Source: Gemmata obscuriglobus (GTDB lineage Bacteria > Planctomycetota > Planctomycetia > Gemmatales > Gemmataceae). Taken from it: a DNA stretch of 32,000 nt. This document shows, one piece after another, positions 8,303-17,325 of the stretch; position 1 is the stretch's first letter, and each line of letters starts with the position of its first letter. The notes under the pieces are model-generated. The model saw only the letters and a program-made list of their open reading frames with translations, was not told the origin of the DNA and ran no database searches. Location: the NCBI RefSeq assembly GCF_008065095.1, contig NZ_CP042911.1, positions 5,610,001-5,642,000 of the forward strand. Direction: 5' to 3'. The position numbers and the translations under genes were made by a program.

Positions 8303-10219
8303 CTACTGGTCCTGGAGCCCGAGTGCGACCCCGGCGCGGCCGAACGGGCCGACCGCCGTGGGCCACGCGCTCACCGCCTTCACCTCGGCGCCCTGGTTGT
8401 GCGAGAGCCGGGTGTTGTGCCGGGCCGCCCACAGCCGCCCCCAAACGTGACCGGCCCGGAGGTCCTTCGGCATCTTCTCGGCGGCGGGCAGTTCGGCCCA
8501 ACTGTCGTCGGCCCGCTCCTTCGACGCGCCGGACCGGAACGCCGCCGCAGACCCTTGCGCCCACGCCTGGAGCCCGTCGTCGCCGATCAGCTTCGCCAGC
8601 TCCTTGGCCTGATCGTGCCGCCCCTTCTCAGCCGCAATCTGCGTCAAACGGAGGACCGAGTAGCCAAACGCCTTGTTGGACCGGTTCGCGGCGATCAACC
8701 CGAGCGCGGCGTCGAGGGCCGGAGCGGGATCGGCGGACCAGTCCGCACAGAGCACCAGCGCCCGCACCTGGCCTTCGGGGGTGCCGCGGCGCTGGGCCAG
8801 TTTCAGCGCCTCGTCGGGCTGGCCGTCGAGCAGGTACTTGCCGGCGTAGGCGAGTCGGGAGGCGTCGGACACCGGGTCGGTCGCCGGCGGCTGGATGAAC
8901 TGCCGGGGCTTGTCGCCGTCGAGCGCCAGGAACAGCGTCTGGGCGCTCGACGGCGTCGGTGTCCCCTGCATCAGAGCCGGTCCGCGGCCCTTCAGTTCGT
9001 CCATCACCTTCCGCACGAGCGGCGAGCCCTTGTCGAGCCGGTACAATTCAAGCGCGATGAGCGCCCGCCCTTCATCCTGTTCGAAGGGGGCGAACAGCGT
9101 CAGCGGGATGAGGTCCACCGCCAGCGCGGCCTGTCCCCGTTGCGCGAGGCCGCGGGCGAGCCGTCGGGCGAGGTGGTTCTTGAAATCGAACTCGGCTCCC
9201 TGCAACAGCGCGAGCGTGAGGCGCAGCTCCTCATGAACCGTGTAGACCCGTTCGTTGAGCCGCGGCCGGATGGTGGATTCCGGCGTCCACCGGATGCGGA
9301 GCTGGTCGCGGATCTGCTGTTCTTCGCCGGCGAGTAGCAGCGTTGCAGCGGCGAGTTCCGCGGCCACCGCGTACCGAACGGGGGATGGCGGGGCTTTGCG
9401 GACCGCGTCGCGCGCCTTCGCGAAGTGTTCGATCGCCTCTTGCAGCTTTTTCGGGTCGTTGTGCCGCACGGCGTGCTCGCCGGCCGCGATCGAGAGCACC
9501 GCGCCGAGCAGTTGAACTTCGGCCGGTGCCTCGTTCGCCGGGAGCGAGCCGACCGTCTGGCCGAACTCCTCCAGGCTCTTCTGCATCAGCTTATCTTCCT
9601 GCGCTACGCCCCGGCTGCGGAACAGCGACACAACGCCGTACATGCTCCCGCCGACGAGCGCGAGGATCACGAACCCGAACACCGCCATCCGCTTGACCGA
9701 CCGCGGCTCGTACTCGATGCCGTCCGCCCCGGCCTGTTTCAGCGAAACGCCGGTCACGATCTGGACATCGCCCATGTCCATCGCGTCCGCGGGCTTCTCG
9801 AACGCGGGCTTCGCGAGGCTCGGGCGTTTAGTGTGCTGCTGCCGCCAGTCCGTGAGCTGGTCCTGCGTGGGCTCGGGAATCTTGATCCGGTGGCGGCACT
9901 CGGGGCACAGCGCGTTCTTGCCGGCCCGGGCGAGCGGCTCGGTCCACTTGTGGTTACAGTGCTGGCACTCGACCGGGATCACTTGCTCGGCCGGATCGCT
10001 CTCGGCCTGTGCCTGCTCGTCGGCGAGGGCCGCGAGGGCCTTCGCCTCGGCCTCTGCGGCCTCCTCGGCCGACATCCGGGGCGGCCCCGCCGGAACGGTC
10101 ACCGGCTGCGGGATGGTGATCTTGTTGCGACAGGTCTTGCAGGTCGCGGTCTTACCGGCCAGTTCGTCCTTGAGCCGGTAAGCGTGCTGGCAGTGCGGGC
10201 AGTTGAACTCGATCGCCAT
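8303..10219 (-). CDS. Double zinc-ribbon (MJ0042-type CxxC) single-pass membrane protein with a large helical C-terminal domain
   Basis: The N-terminus reads MAIEFNCPHCQHAYRLKDELAGKTATCKTCRNKITIP. A second ribbon reads CQHCNHKWTEPLARAGKNALCPECRHRIKIP. One TM helix (MAVFGFVILALVGGSMYGVVSLF) is followed by about 440 aa of helical, repeat-like sequence. Confidence 0.85.
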   Translation of the reverse strand: MAIEFNCPHCQHAYRLKDELAGKTATCKTCRNKITIPQPVTVPAGPPRMSAEEAAEAEAKALAALADEQAQAESDPAEQVIPVECQHCNHKWTEPLARAGKNALCPECRHRIKIPEPTQDQLTDWRQQHTKRPSLAKPAFEKPADAMDMGDVQIVTGVSLKQAGADGIEYEPRSVKRMAVFGFVILALVGGSMYGVVSLFRSRGVAQEDKLMQKSLEEFGQTVGSLPANEAPAEVQLLGAVLSIAAGEHAVRHNDPKKLQEAIEHFAKARDAVRKAPPSPVRYAVAAELAAATLLLAGEEQQIRDQLRIRWTPESTIRPRLNERVYTVHEELRLTLALLQGAEFDFKNHLARRLARGLAQRGQAALAVDLIPLTLFAPFEQDEGRALIALELYRLDKGSPLVRKVMDELKGRGPALMQGTPTPSSAQTLFLALDGDKPRQFIQPPATDPVSDASRLAYAGKYLLDGQPDEALKLAQRRGTPEGQVRALVLCADWSADPAPALDAALGLIAANRSNKAFGYSVLRLTQIAAEKGRHDQAKELAKLIGDDGLQAWAQGSAAAFRSGASKERADDSWAELPAAEKMPKDLRAGHVWGRLWAARHNTRLSHNQGAEVKAVSAWPTAVGPFGRAGVALGLQDQ

Positions 10220-10378
10220 GTTCGTTGGTCCCGCAGCGGGGTCGAGAACGGCAGACTTGTTCTTCCATTATCCACCCGAACGCGGCAAGAGGCAATCGCC
10301 GACCGCGCCCGGAGTCTGCCTTGTGGGGAGCGAGGTGGCGGGGTATGCAACCTGCGGCTCTCGCAGGAGGAAACGGAG

Positions 10379-10603
10379 ATGCGCCCCCGCGCGTTGGTAC
10401 TGCTAGTCGTGGCCGTGGTGCTGGTTCTGGGAACCGGGTGCTGCCGATGTTTCCGCTGCTGTGTGCCCTGCGAGCCCTGTGGGTCGCGGCAACCGCCGCT
10501 GCCGCCGAGTTTGCCCCGCGAGGACCGAATTCCCCCCGCGGCGCTACCGGCGGCGTCACCGGACCGGCCGAACCCCACCGGCGCCTACGGCGGCAGCGAG
10601 TGA
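10379..10603 (+). CDS. Small (74 aa) membrane-anchored or lipoprotein-like Cys-rich, Pro-rich protein
   Basis: AGGAGG at 10365-10370 lies 8 nt upstream of the ATG. The product is MRPRALVLLVVAVVLVLGTGCCRCFRCCVPCEPCGSRQPPLPP... (8 Cys in 14 residues directly after the hydrophobic segment). About 80% of third codon positions are G/C by hand count. A strong hairpin follows at 10625-10660. Confidence 0.6.
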   Translation: MRPRALVLLVVAVVLVLGTGCCRCFRCCVPCEPCGSRQPPLPPSLPREDRIPPAALPAASPDRPNPTGAYGGSE

Positions 10604-10619
10604 CCGCCCCAACGGCTCC

Positions 10620-10660
10620 AAAAAGCGGGCCGCGCGCTCGAACTCGAGCGCGCGGCCCGC
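10620..10660 (-). terminator. Intrinsic terminator for the minus-strand gene ending at 10679; its hairpin also follows the plus-strand small ORF
   Basis: GCGGGCCGCGCGCTCGA / TCGAGCGCGCGGCCCGC is a near-perfect palindrome at 10625-10660. AAAAA at 10620-10624 gives a U-run immediately after the hairpin on the minus-strand transcript. Confidence 0.7.
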
Positions 10661-10678
10661 GTGTCCAACGACCGGCCG

Positions 10679-12043
10679 TTAACGGTCGCGGAGGCTCGGC
10701 AGGATAATCCCTCGCTTCTTGATCCCCTCTTTCATCTGCCACCAGCCAAACTTCACGAACGCGCTCTGGCGCTTCTCCTCCGACGTGAAAGCGTACTGCC
10801 CGAACCCGGCCGGTGTCGGTGTGAAGCTCTGGTGCGGGGCGGTCTCGAACCCGAAGTCCTTCATATTCAACCCGGCCTGGGTGATCGTGAACGCGAACGC
10901 CACGTCCCGCACCGTCACCGTGTGAATGTCAGCGGCCCCGCCGTTCTGGTTCCGCTGGAACCAAACTTGCGTCACCATGGTTTCGGCACCTACGGACACC
11001 AGCTTGTCCGGGTTCTCGCCCTTCTTGAACGCCTCCGGGTAGTCGCCGACCCGCACCTCGTTCCGCATGACCGCTTTCAGGAACGCGGCCTCCTCTTTTC
11101 CCCGTTGCTGCACCAGGAAGTTCAGCGCCTGCCCCTTCGCGTACCCCTGCACGTTGTCCTGAACGACGATGCGGCGGAGCAGCGGAAGCGTTTCGGGGAA
11201 GTTCCTCAGGTTCCCGTTGCCGAGTTGGTACACGAGCTGTGACAGGTCCAGCGGGTCGTTACGGGTGGCGAGCCAGCGGCCGGCGAGCACCTTGTACACG
11301 TCTGCGTGCGCCCCGGTCCCGTTGATCGCCGTTATCGAGGCGTTCTGGTTGAACAGCAGCACACCGCTCACCTGCTGCCACTGGATCGTCGTCTTGGGAA
11401 TGGCTTCGTAGGGGATCACGGTCTCGGCGAGCAGCACCGCGGCGATGTCCGCGAGCGTGGGCTGCTTCGGCGGGGTCGTGCGGGTGCTGACGCGCCCGAC
11501 GTTTCGCTGGATCATGTCACTGTAGAGCGTGTTCCGACGGTCCGATACCGCCCGCCCGCCCTCCACGGGGCCGCGGTCCATCGCCGCCAGCATGTCCAGG
11601 TTGTACGGCGACTTCAGGATCTCGACGTACAGCGCGCGTGCCCCCGCGGAGGCCCCCAGCGTGGCGCGGAACGTTTTCAGCCCCGGCAGGTTGTGCTCGA
11701 ACTTGCTGTTTGTATCCGCGAGGAAGGTGTCGATCCGCGCCTGGAGGTCGTCCGCCTCGGATTTGGGCAACAGTCGCAGCGCCCGGGTTCGGATCTCGGG
11801 GTCGGTCTCGGTGCCCGCGGCCTCGACCAGCACCTGCCGCGCAAGGCGCCCCATTTTCGCGAGCGCGTTCTGGGCCTCCTCGCGGTCCCGGTAGTTCTCG
11901 CTCCCCAACCGGCGGACCAGTTCGCGCGCTTTGGACAGTTGTTCCGGGCCGACAGCCAGGTCCTTCGGGTCCGGGGACGCGCCGAGGACCGGAGCCGCGA
12001 CCAGCGCCGCACACGCGAACAGAGCCGCACGAAGCCGAATCAT
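10679..12043 (-). CDS. Secreted protein with an N-terminal HEAT-like helical hairpin; paralog of 12193-13455
   Basis: The ATG at 12043 gives the signal peptide MIRLRAALFACAALVAAPVLGA; the GTG at 12061 is an alternative start. It shares PKDL..LSKAR.LVR.LGS....REEA...L..MGRLAR....DPEIR...LLP...ARIDTFLAD and the C-terminal GWW motif with the neighbouring gene. Confidence 0.8.
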   Translation of the reverse strand: MIRLRAALFACAALVAAPVLGASPDPKDLAVGPEQLSKARELVRRLGSENYRDREEAQNALAKMGRLARQVLVEAAGTETDPEIRTRALRLLPKSEADDLQARIDTFLADTNSKFEHNLPGLKTFRATLGASAGARALYVEILKSPYNLDMLAAMDRGPVEGGRAVSDRRNTLYSDMIQRNVGRVSTRTTPPKQPTLADIAAVLLAETVIPYEAIPKTTIQWQQVSGVLLFNQNASITAINGTGAHADVYKVLAGRWLATRNDPLDLSQLVYQLGNGNLRNFPETLPLLRRIVVQDNVQGYAKGQALNFLVQQRGKEEAAFLKAVMRNEVRVGDYPEAFKKGENPDKLVSVGAETMVTQVWFQRNQNGGAADIHTVTVRDVAFAFTITQAGLNMKDFGFETAPHQSFTPTPAGFGQYAFTSEEKRQSAFVKFGWWQMKEGIKKRGIILPSLRDR

Positions 12044-12192
12044 GAGTTGCCCTCGCCGCACCAGGGGGCGCCCCGGTGGCGCGCCGCGCGTGACCTCATT
12101 AAAGATGGCCTATCCGGGGGGCCGCGCCAATCAGAAAAGCGGCCGCCTTGTGGCGCCCCGTTACAAAGACGATCGGGCCGCGGCGCCGCTAA

Positions 12193-13455
12193 CTACTTCG
12201 CGGCCTTCAACGCTTGCTTGAGGCGCCACCACCCGTACTTCGTCGCGGCCTCTTTGCGGCTCTCCTCGGGAATGTGGAACCGGGTGTAGCTGGTCGACGC
12301 GGCCGCGCTCCCCTTGAGCCGGTCCTGAATGTGGTACGCTTCGACCTTCTGGCCGGTGAGTTGAACCGCCGCCACAAGGGCCAGATCCCCCACCGTGATG
12401 GTGTACCGCGTCACCACACCATTGACGCTGGTCGTCATTGTGGTGACGATCCCGTCGTCGCCGATCAGCCGCTCGAGCGTCGGCAGGTGCTCCTTCGACT
12501 GATACCGGCCGAGCGTCAACATCGCCTGTCCGCGGTACGAGCCGGGGGCGCCGGGCGCGCTCAAGAGCCGCACCGCCAGCCGTAACGCCGCCGGCTGGTT
12601 ATGGCTGCTGTTCGCCAGGGTCATGGCCGCGTACATCTCGTACGCGTCGGTGCGCGTGTCGATCCAGGCCTCCAGCACGGCCCGCAGCGCGGCCGCCTTA
12701 TCGTCCGTCCCCTGCGCGGCTTGTGCGATACCGGAGGCGGTCAGCACGCTGGTGAACAGCGTGTTCCGCACGTTCGCGCTCGGCCGGGTGAGCGAGTCCG
12801 CGAACAGGACCGCCGCGACTTCCATCTGACTCGGGATGCGGCTCGCGCCGCCGCCGCGTGGGAAGCGAGCGTAGTACAGTTCGTTCTTCATGCCCGCCAC
12901 CAGCGGCCCGAGGTTTTCTCCGGTGCCGATCGCGGTGAGCAGCCGGCGCCCGCCGGGGGTCTTGAGGAACTCGACGAACATCTCGCGGGCCGCCTTGTCG
13001 GCCTGGGGCCGCGTGCTGAAGGTCCACCCGAACGCCGCCCACTCGCCGCGGACGGTCGAGCGGAGCCGGGTCCAACCGGGCAGGTCGTGCTCGTACCGGC
13101 CGTCGGCGTCGGCCAGAAACGTGTCGAGCCGGGCTTTCATCTCAATGGCGGTGGCCCGGGGAAGGAGTTGCCGGCACCGGGCGCGGATTTCGGGGTCCGG
13201 GTCGCTGTGCGCGCCCTCGTGCAGGGCGTTCCGGGCGAGCCGCCCCATCGCGTTCAAGTCGTGCTCGGCCTCCTCCCGCTCGGTAAACAGCTCGCTGCCG
13301 AGCTTCCGCACCAGATCGCGAGCCTTCGACAGATCCGTATCCGGGACCACGAGGTCTTTCGGGTTCGGAGACTGAGACGGGTTCGGCGACGGCGGGGCCG
13401 CGGCCAGTGTTGCGGCGCAGGCCAACAGTGGGGCGAGTGCAAAAGCGAAGCGCAT
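12193..13455 (-). CDS. Secreted protein with an N-terminal HEAT-like helical hairpin; paralog of 10679-12043
   Basis: Signal peptide MRFAFALAPLLACAATLAAAPP. Colinear similarity to the downstream gene runs along the whole length, with the N-terminal ~100 mature residues roughly half identical by eye. The C-terminus reads KYGWWRLKQALK versus KFGWWQMKEGIK. Confidence 0.8.
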   Translation of the reverse strand: MRFAFALAPLLACAATLAAAPPSPNPSQSPNPKDLVVPDTDLSKARDLVRKLGSELFTEREEAEHDLNAMGRLARNALHEGAHSDPDPEIRARCRQLLPRATAIEMKARLDTFLADADGRYEHDLPGWTRLRSTVRGEWAAFGWTFSTRPQADKAAREMFVEFLKTPGGRRLLTAIGTGENLGPLVAGMKNELYYARFPRGGGASRIPSQMEVAAVLFADSLTRPSANVRNTLFTSVLTASGIAQAAQGTDDKAAALRAVLEAWIDTRTDAYEMYAAMTLANSSHNQPAALRLAVRLLSAPGAPGSYRGQAMLTLGRYQSKEHLPTLERLIGDDGIVTTMTTSVNGVVTRYTITVGDLALVAAVQLTGQKVEAYHIQDRLKGSAAASTSYTRFHIPEESRKEAATKYGWWRLKQALKAAK

Positions 13456-13626
13456 GGCGTCCCTCGGCAGCGAGAGGCGGGACCGACCGGGTCGGCGCGT
13501 GCGGGTCGGTGCGCGAACCGGTAGACTCGGAATTGTATCGGAGTAACGGCCGCCGGTCGATTCGGACGACCATCAACGTTACAACACCGGTACGGGCCAA
13601 TCTACCACAGACGAGCGCGCCGAGCC

Positions 13627-14100
13627 ATGCCGGACCAAGCCCCCTTCGCCGAAGCCGAGGCCGCACTTCGGACGCACGCGCTCGGCTTTCCCGGGGCCAC
13701 CGAAGAGTTCCCGTGGGGGCACCGGGGGATCAAAGTGCGGGGCAAAATATTCGTCACGATGGCAGCACTCGGTGACCAGTTCAGAACCAGCATGAAGCTG
13801 CCCGATTCCGGCATCTACGCGCTGACCCAGCGCTACGCGACACCGGCCGGCTACGGGCTCGGCCGGCACGGATGGGTAACATGCACGTTTCGGCCCGGCG
13901 ACGAGGTGCCAACAGACCTGCTGGAAGAATGGATCGAGGAAAGCTACCGGGCGATCGCCCCTAAAAAGTTGATCCTGGCCCGGAATGCCCAACTTGGCGG
14001 TTCCGAGTCGCTGGTGGTGTCTATCACACCGACTTCAGCGCCCGAGCCGAAAGCGGCAAAACCGAAGCCACAAAGCAGGCGCGAAGGGAAACCTGTTTGA
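13627..14100 (+). CDS. MmcQ/YjbR-family (DUF419-like) protein with a Lys/Pro-rich tail
   Basis: The segment FPGATEEFPWGHRGIKVRGKIFVTM...GYGLGRHGWVTCTF matches, as remembered, the YjbR-family pattern (hPWG..vfKv.gKiFa ... gW..v). Confidence 0.65.
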   Translation: MPDQAPFAEAEAALRTHALGFPGATEEFPWGHRGIKVRGKIFVTMAALGDQFRTSMKLPDSGIYALTQRYATPAGYGLGRHGWVTCTFRPGDEVPTDLLEEWIEESYRAIAPKKLILARNAQLGGSESLVVSITPTSAPEPKAAKPKPQSRREGKPV

Positions 14101-14430
14101 GATCGCGAAAACCGGTCCCGAAGCTGAACCACCGAATGGGAGCACCGGCTCGGCGCCGCGCACGAAGCGAGCACGCGGGCGACCGACGCGCCCGCAAACG
14201 GACTGAACGCGCGGCTGTTCGAACTGCGCGACCTGCGCTGAGCGCAGAAGCGATACAGGCACGGCGGTGTGGGGTGCGGACGGCACCGCGTGCCGCGTGC
14301 GTCAGCCACCCCCGCGCGGGGACGGGCGAGCGGTCGGCTTCTACACACCGCCCGCCGCCCGCTTCCTCTCCGGGTTGACTCGTCGCCCCCTTCGCGGTAA
14401 AGCCCGCCCCGAGCCGCAGGGAGAGCAGCA

Positions 14431-15105
14431 ATGGGCGACCTGGCCGACTTCGTCAACGGCCCCAACGGGCTGAACTTCCAGAACCTGTCGCCGCCGGTCC
14501 AGACCGCCCTCATGCTGGGGCTGTCCGCCCTGCTCCCGGCGGCCCTGATGACCATGACGTGCTTCACGCGCGTCGTGATCGTTCTGTCGTTCGTGCGCCA
14601 GGGGTTGGGCGCGCAGAACGTGCCCCCCAACCTGGTCCTCACCGGGCTGGCGCTGTTCATCACCCTGTTCGTGATGCAGCCCACCTTCGCCGAGATCGAC
14701 CAGAAGGCGTACCAGCCCTACCTCCAAAAGCAGATCACCGGCCCGCAGGCGTTCAAGACCGGCACGGACATCTACAAGCAGTTCATGCTGCGCCAGACCC
14801 GCAAGCAGGACCTCGCGCTGTTCCTGCACCTCTCGAAGCACACCGTGGAGAAGGCCGAGGACGCCCCGTTCCTGACGGTGGTGCCCGCGTTCCTGATCAG
14901 CGAGTTGAAGACCGCCTTCATCATGGGGTTCTGCATCTACCTGCCGTTCCTCATGGTGGACCTCGTGGTGTCGAGCGTGCTCACCTCAATGGGTATGGTC
15001 ATGATGCCGCCCGTCACCATCTCGGCGCCGTTCAAGATCCTGCTGTTCGTCCTCGCCGACGGCTGGCACCTCGTGACCTACGCCATCGCGCTCAGCTACG
15101 GCTGA
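14431..15105 (+). CDS. fliP: Flagellar type III export apparatus protein FliP
   Basis: Typical FliP core (TRVVIVLSFVRQGLGAQNVPPNLVLTGLALFITLFVMQP ... FLISELKTAFIMGFCIYLPFLMVDLVVSSVLTSMGMVMMPP). Confidence 0.95.
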   Translation: MGDLADFVNGPNGLNFQNLSPPVQTALMLGLSALLPAALMTMTCFTRVVIVLSFVRQGLGAQNVPPNLVLTGLALFITLFVMQPTFAEIDQKAYQPYLQKQITGPQAFKTGTDIYKQFMLRQTRKQDLALFLHLSKHTVEKAEDAPFLTVVPAFLISELKTAFIMGFCIYLPFLMVDLVVSSVLTSMGMVMMPPVTISAPFKILLFVLADGWHLVTYAIALSYG

Positions 15106-15191
15106 CGCGGTTGAGAGGGGCCGCAACCGGAGGGCGCCAAAAGGACCGGCCCAACGCCTCTGGCCTCTGACCACTTGCCCCGGGGGAAGCG

Positions 15192-15461
15192 ATGACCGCC
15201 GAACACGTGATCCGCATGACCCAGGAGCTGTTCCTGGTGGCCCTCGTGGTGGCCCTGCCCGCGCTAGTGATCAGCCTCGCGGTGGGCCTCCTGGTGAGCA
15301 TCTTCCAGACGGTCACCAGCATCCAGGACCAGACGCTCAGTTACGTCCCGCGCATCATCCTCGTGGGCCTCGCCCTGGTGGTGACGCTCGGGTTCTCGTT
15401 CCAACAGGCGGTGGCGTTCACCCACCGCATGTTCGCCTACGCCGCGGGGATCGGCACGTGA
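15192..15461 (+). CDS. fliQ: Flagellar export apparatus protein FliQ
   Basis: 89 aa with two TM segments and the conserved IQDQTLSYVPRI segment. It lies between fliP and fliR. Confidence 0.9.
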   Translation: MTAEHVIRMTQELFLVALVVALPALVISLAVGLLVSIFQTVTSIQDQTLSYVPRIILVGLALVVTLGFSFQQAVAFTHRMFAYAAGIGT

Positions 15462-16222
15462 CGCTCTCCAGCGTGGCCCTCGGGCTGTTACTGGCGCGGA
15501 TCGGCGCGTTCGTCGCAGTCATGCCGCTGTTCGCCGCGCGCACCCCGCGCACGGTGCGCGCCGGCATGGTGGTCGTGCTCGCGGCGTTCTACGTCGGCCC
15601 CGCCGGCGCCGAACTGGCGGCCGCGCCGCCCGGGAGCGTGCGCGAGGTGGACCCGCTCCGGTACGGGCTGGTGCTGGCGCGCGAGGCGCTGATCGGCGTC
15701 GCGATGGGCTTCGCGTTCGGGCTGTTCCTGCTCCCCGGGCGCATCGCCGGGGAGTTCGTGACGCAGCAGATCGGCCTGAACATCTCCCCGCAACTCGGCC
15801 CGGCCGGGGGCGAGTCGGGCGGCCCGCTGACCAACGTGTTCGAGACCGCCGGCGCGCTGGTGTTCCTCCTCGTGGACGGGCACCACATCGTACTCATGGC
15901 GTTCCACGCGTCCTTCGCCGCGCTCCCCATCGGCGGGAGCGTCGTCCCCGAAGCGGGGCCGATGGTGACCGGGCTGGCGAGCGCCTACGAGATGGGGCTG
16001 CTGCTCGCGGCCCCGCTCGCGCTGTGCCTGTTCCTGCTCTCCATCACGCTGGCGGTGATGGCTCGGGCCGCCCCGCAACTGAACATCTACTCGGTGGGCT
16101 TCTCGCTCCAGGTGCTGGTGGCCCTGATCGCGGGGCTGGTGCTGGTCCCGGAGTTCGTCACGACCCTGACCGCGATCGTCGGCCGCACCGGCGACGCCCT
16201 TCCCAAACTGCTGGGGGGCTGA
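15458..16222 (+). CDS. fliR: Flagellar export apparatus protein FliR
   Basis: Polytopic, 254 aa. The GTG start overlaps the fliQ stop (GTGA). Synteny is fliQ-fliR-flhB. Confidence 0.9.
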   Translation: MTLSSVALGLLLARIGAFVAVMPLFAARTPRTVRAGMVVVLAAFYVGPAGAELAAAPPGSVREVDPLRYGLVLAREALIGVAMGFAFGLFLLPGRIAGEFVTQQIGLNISPQLGPAGGESGGPLTNVFETAGALVFLLVDGHHIVLMAFHASFAALPIGGSVVPEAGPMVTGLASAYEMGLLLAAPLALCLFLLSITLAVMARAAPQLNIYSVGFSLQVLVALIAGLVLVPEFVTTLTAIVGRTGDALPKLLGG

Positions 16223-16225
16223 CCG

Positions 16226-17293
16226 GTGGCCGAGGACGTCGACCAGGAGTCGAAAACAGAAGACCCGACACCGCGCCGGCGCGAGGAGGCGCGGCGCCAG
16301 GGCCAGGTGCCGTTCAGCGCCGAACTGGTCGGGAGCCTCGTGCTGGTCGCCGGGGTGCTCGGGCTGCGGTACCTCGGCCCGGACCTGTGGGCCACCATGA
16401 TCACGGTGTTCCGTGCCGACCTGCCGCGGGTGGGCCGCGAGGAGTTCGGCACCGCGGAGGCGGCGGAACTGCTGGGCCGCACGGCCCTTCGGATGATCGG
16501 CGCGATGCTCCCCTTTTTCGGGCTTCTGCTCGCCGTGGGTGTCGGGGCGTCGGTCGCCCAGGTCGGGTTCCAGCTCAACACCGAGAAGCTGGAGCCCAAC
16601 CTCGACAAGTTGAACCCCGTCGGCGGGCTCGGGCGGCTGTTCTCGCTCGGGTCGGTGGTCCGCGGGCTGCTGACGGTCGCGAAGGTGCTGGCCCTCGCGG
16701 GGGTCGCCTACTACGTCCTGAACGGCCGCGGCGGCCTCATCGCGTCGATCGGCATGGGCCGCATCGGCGAGGCCGCCCCGGTCGCCTGGGCGCTCGTGAT
16801 GCGGCTCGCCCTTTACCTGGCCGGGGCGGTCGCGCTGGTCGCGGTGTTCGATTACGCGTACCAGCGGTACAAGTTCGAGCAGTCGCTGATGATGACCAAA
16901 GAGGAGCTGAAGCAGGAACTGAAGCAGGAGGAGGGCGACCCGCACGTGAAGGCCCGGGTCCGACAGATCGCCCGCGAGCGGACCAAGCGCAAGATGCTCA
17001 GCGAGGTGCCGAAGGCGACGGTGGTGGTCACCAACCCGACGCACTACGCCGTCGCCCTGCGCTACGACTCGAACCGCGACAGCGCCCCGGTGGTGGTTGC
17101 GAAGGGCAAAGGGGCATTCGCCCTCCGCATTGCGAAGCGCGCCCGCGAGTCCGGTGTGCCGGTACTCGAGCGCCCCCCGCTCGCCCGCGCGCTGCACTCG
17201 GTGCGTGAGGGGCAACAGATCCCCAGCGCGCTGTTCCGGGCGGTGGCCGAGGTGCTGGCGTTCGTGATGAAGATGCGCGGCGGGACACTGTAG
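16226..17293 (+). CDS. flhB: Flagellar export switch protein FlhB
   Basis: The N-terminus (EDPTPRRREEARRQGQVPFSAEL), four TM segments and the NPTHYAVAL autocleavage motif are present. The GTG start is 3 nt after the fliR stop. Confidence 0.95.
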   Translation: MAEDVDQESKTEDPTPRRREEARRQGQVPFSAELVGSLVLVAGVLGLRYLGPDLWATMITVFRADLPRVGREEFGTAEAAELLGRTALRMIGAMLPFFGLLLAVGVGASVAQVGFQLNTEKLEPNLDKLNPVGGLGRLFSLGSVVRGLLTVAKVLALAGVAYYVLNGRGGLIASIGMGRIGEAAPVAWALVMRLALYLAGAVALVAVFDYAYQRYKFEQSLMMTKEELKQELKQEEGDPHVKARVRQIARERTKRKMLSEVPKATVVVTNPTHYAVALRYDSNRDSAPVVVAKGKGAFALRIAKRARESGVPVLERPPLARALHSVREGQQIPSALFRAVAEVLAFVMKMRGGTL

Positions 17294-17299
17294 TTGTGA

Positions 17300-17325
17300 G
17301 CCGGGCCACAGTATTGTGGCCCGGC
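17300..17325 (+). terminator. Perfect 11-bp hairpin 7 nt after the flhB stop; possible terminator or attenuator
   Basis: GCCGGGCCACA (loop gtat) TGTGGCCCGGC. No T-run follows, so its function is uncertain. Confidence 0.4.

Noticed and set aside
14375-14403. A sigma-70-like promoter upstream of fliP: TTGACT (14375-14380), a 17-bp spacer, then TAAAGC (14398-14403).
   Set aside because: The -35 element is good, but the -10 matches consensus at only 3 of 6 positions. Promoter consensus in this lineage is unknown to me, so this is too weak to annotate.
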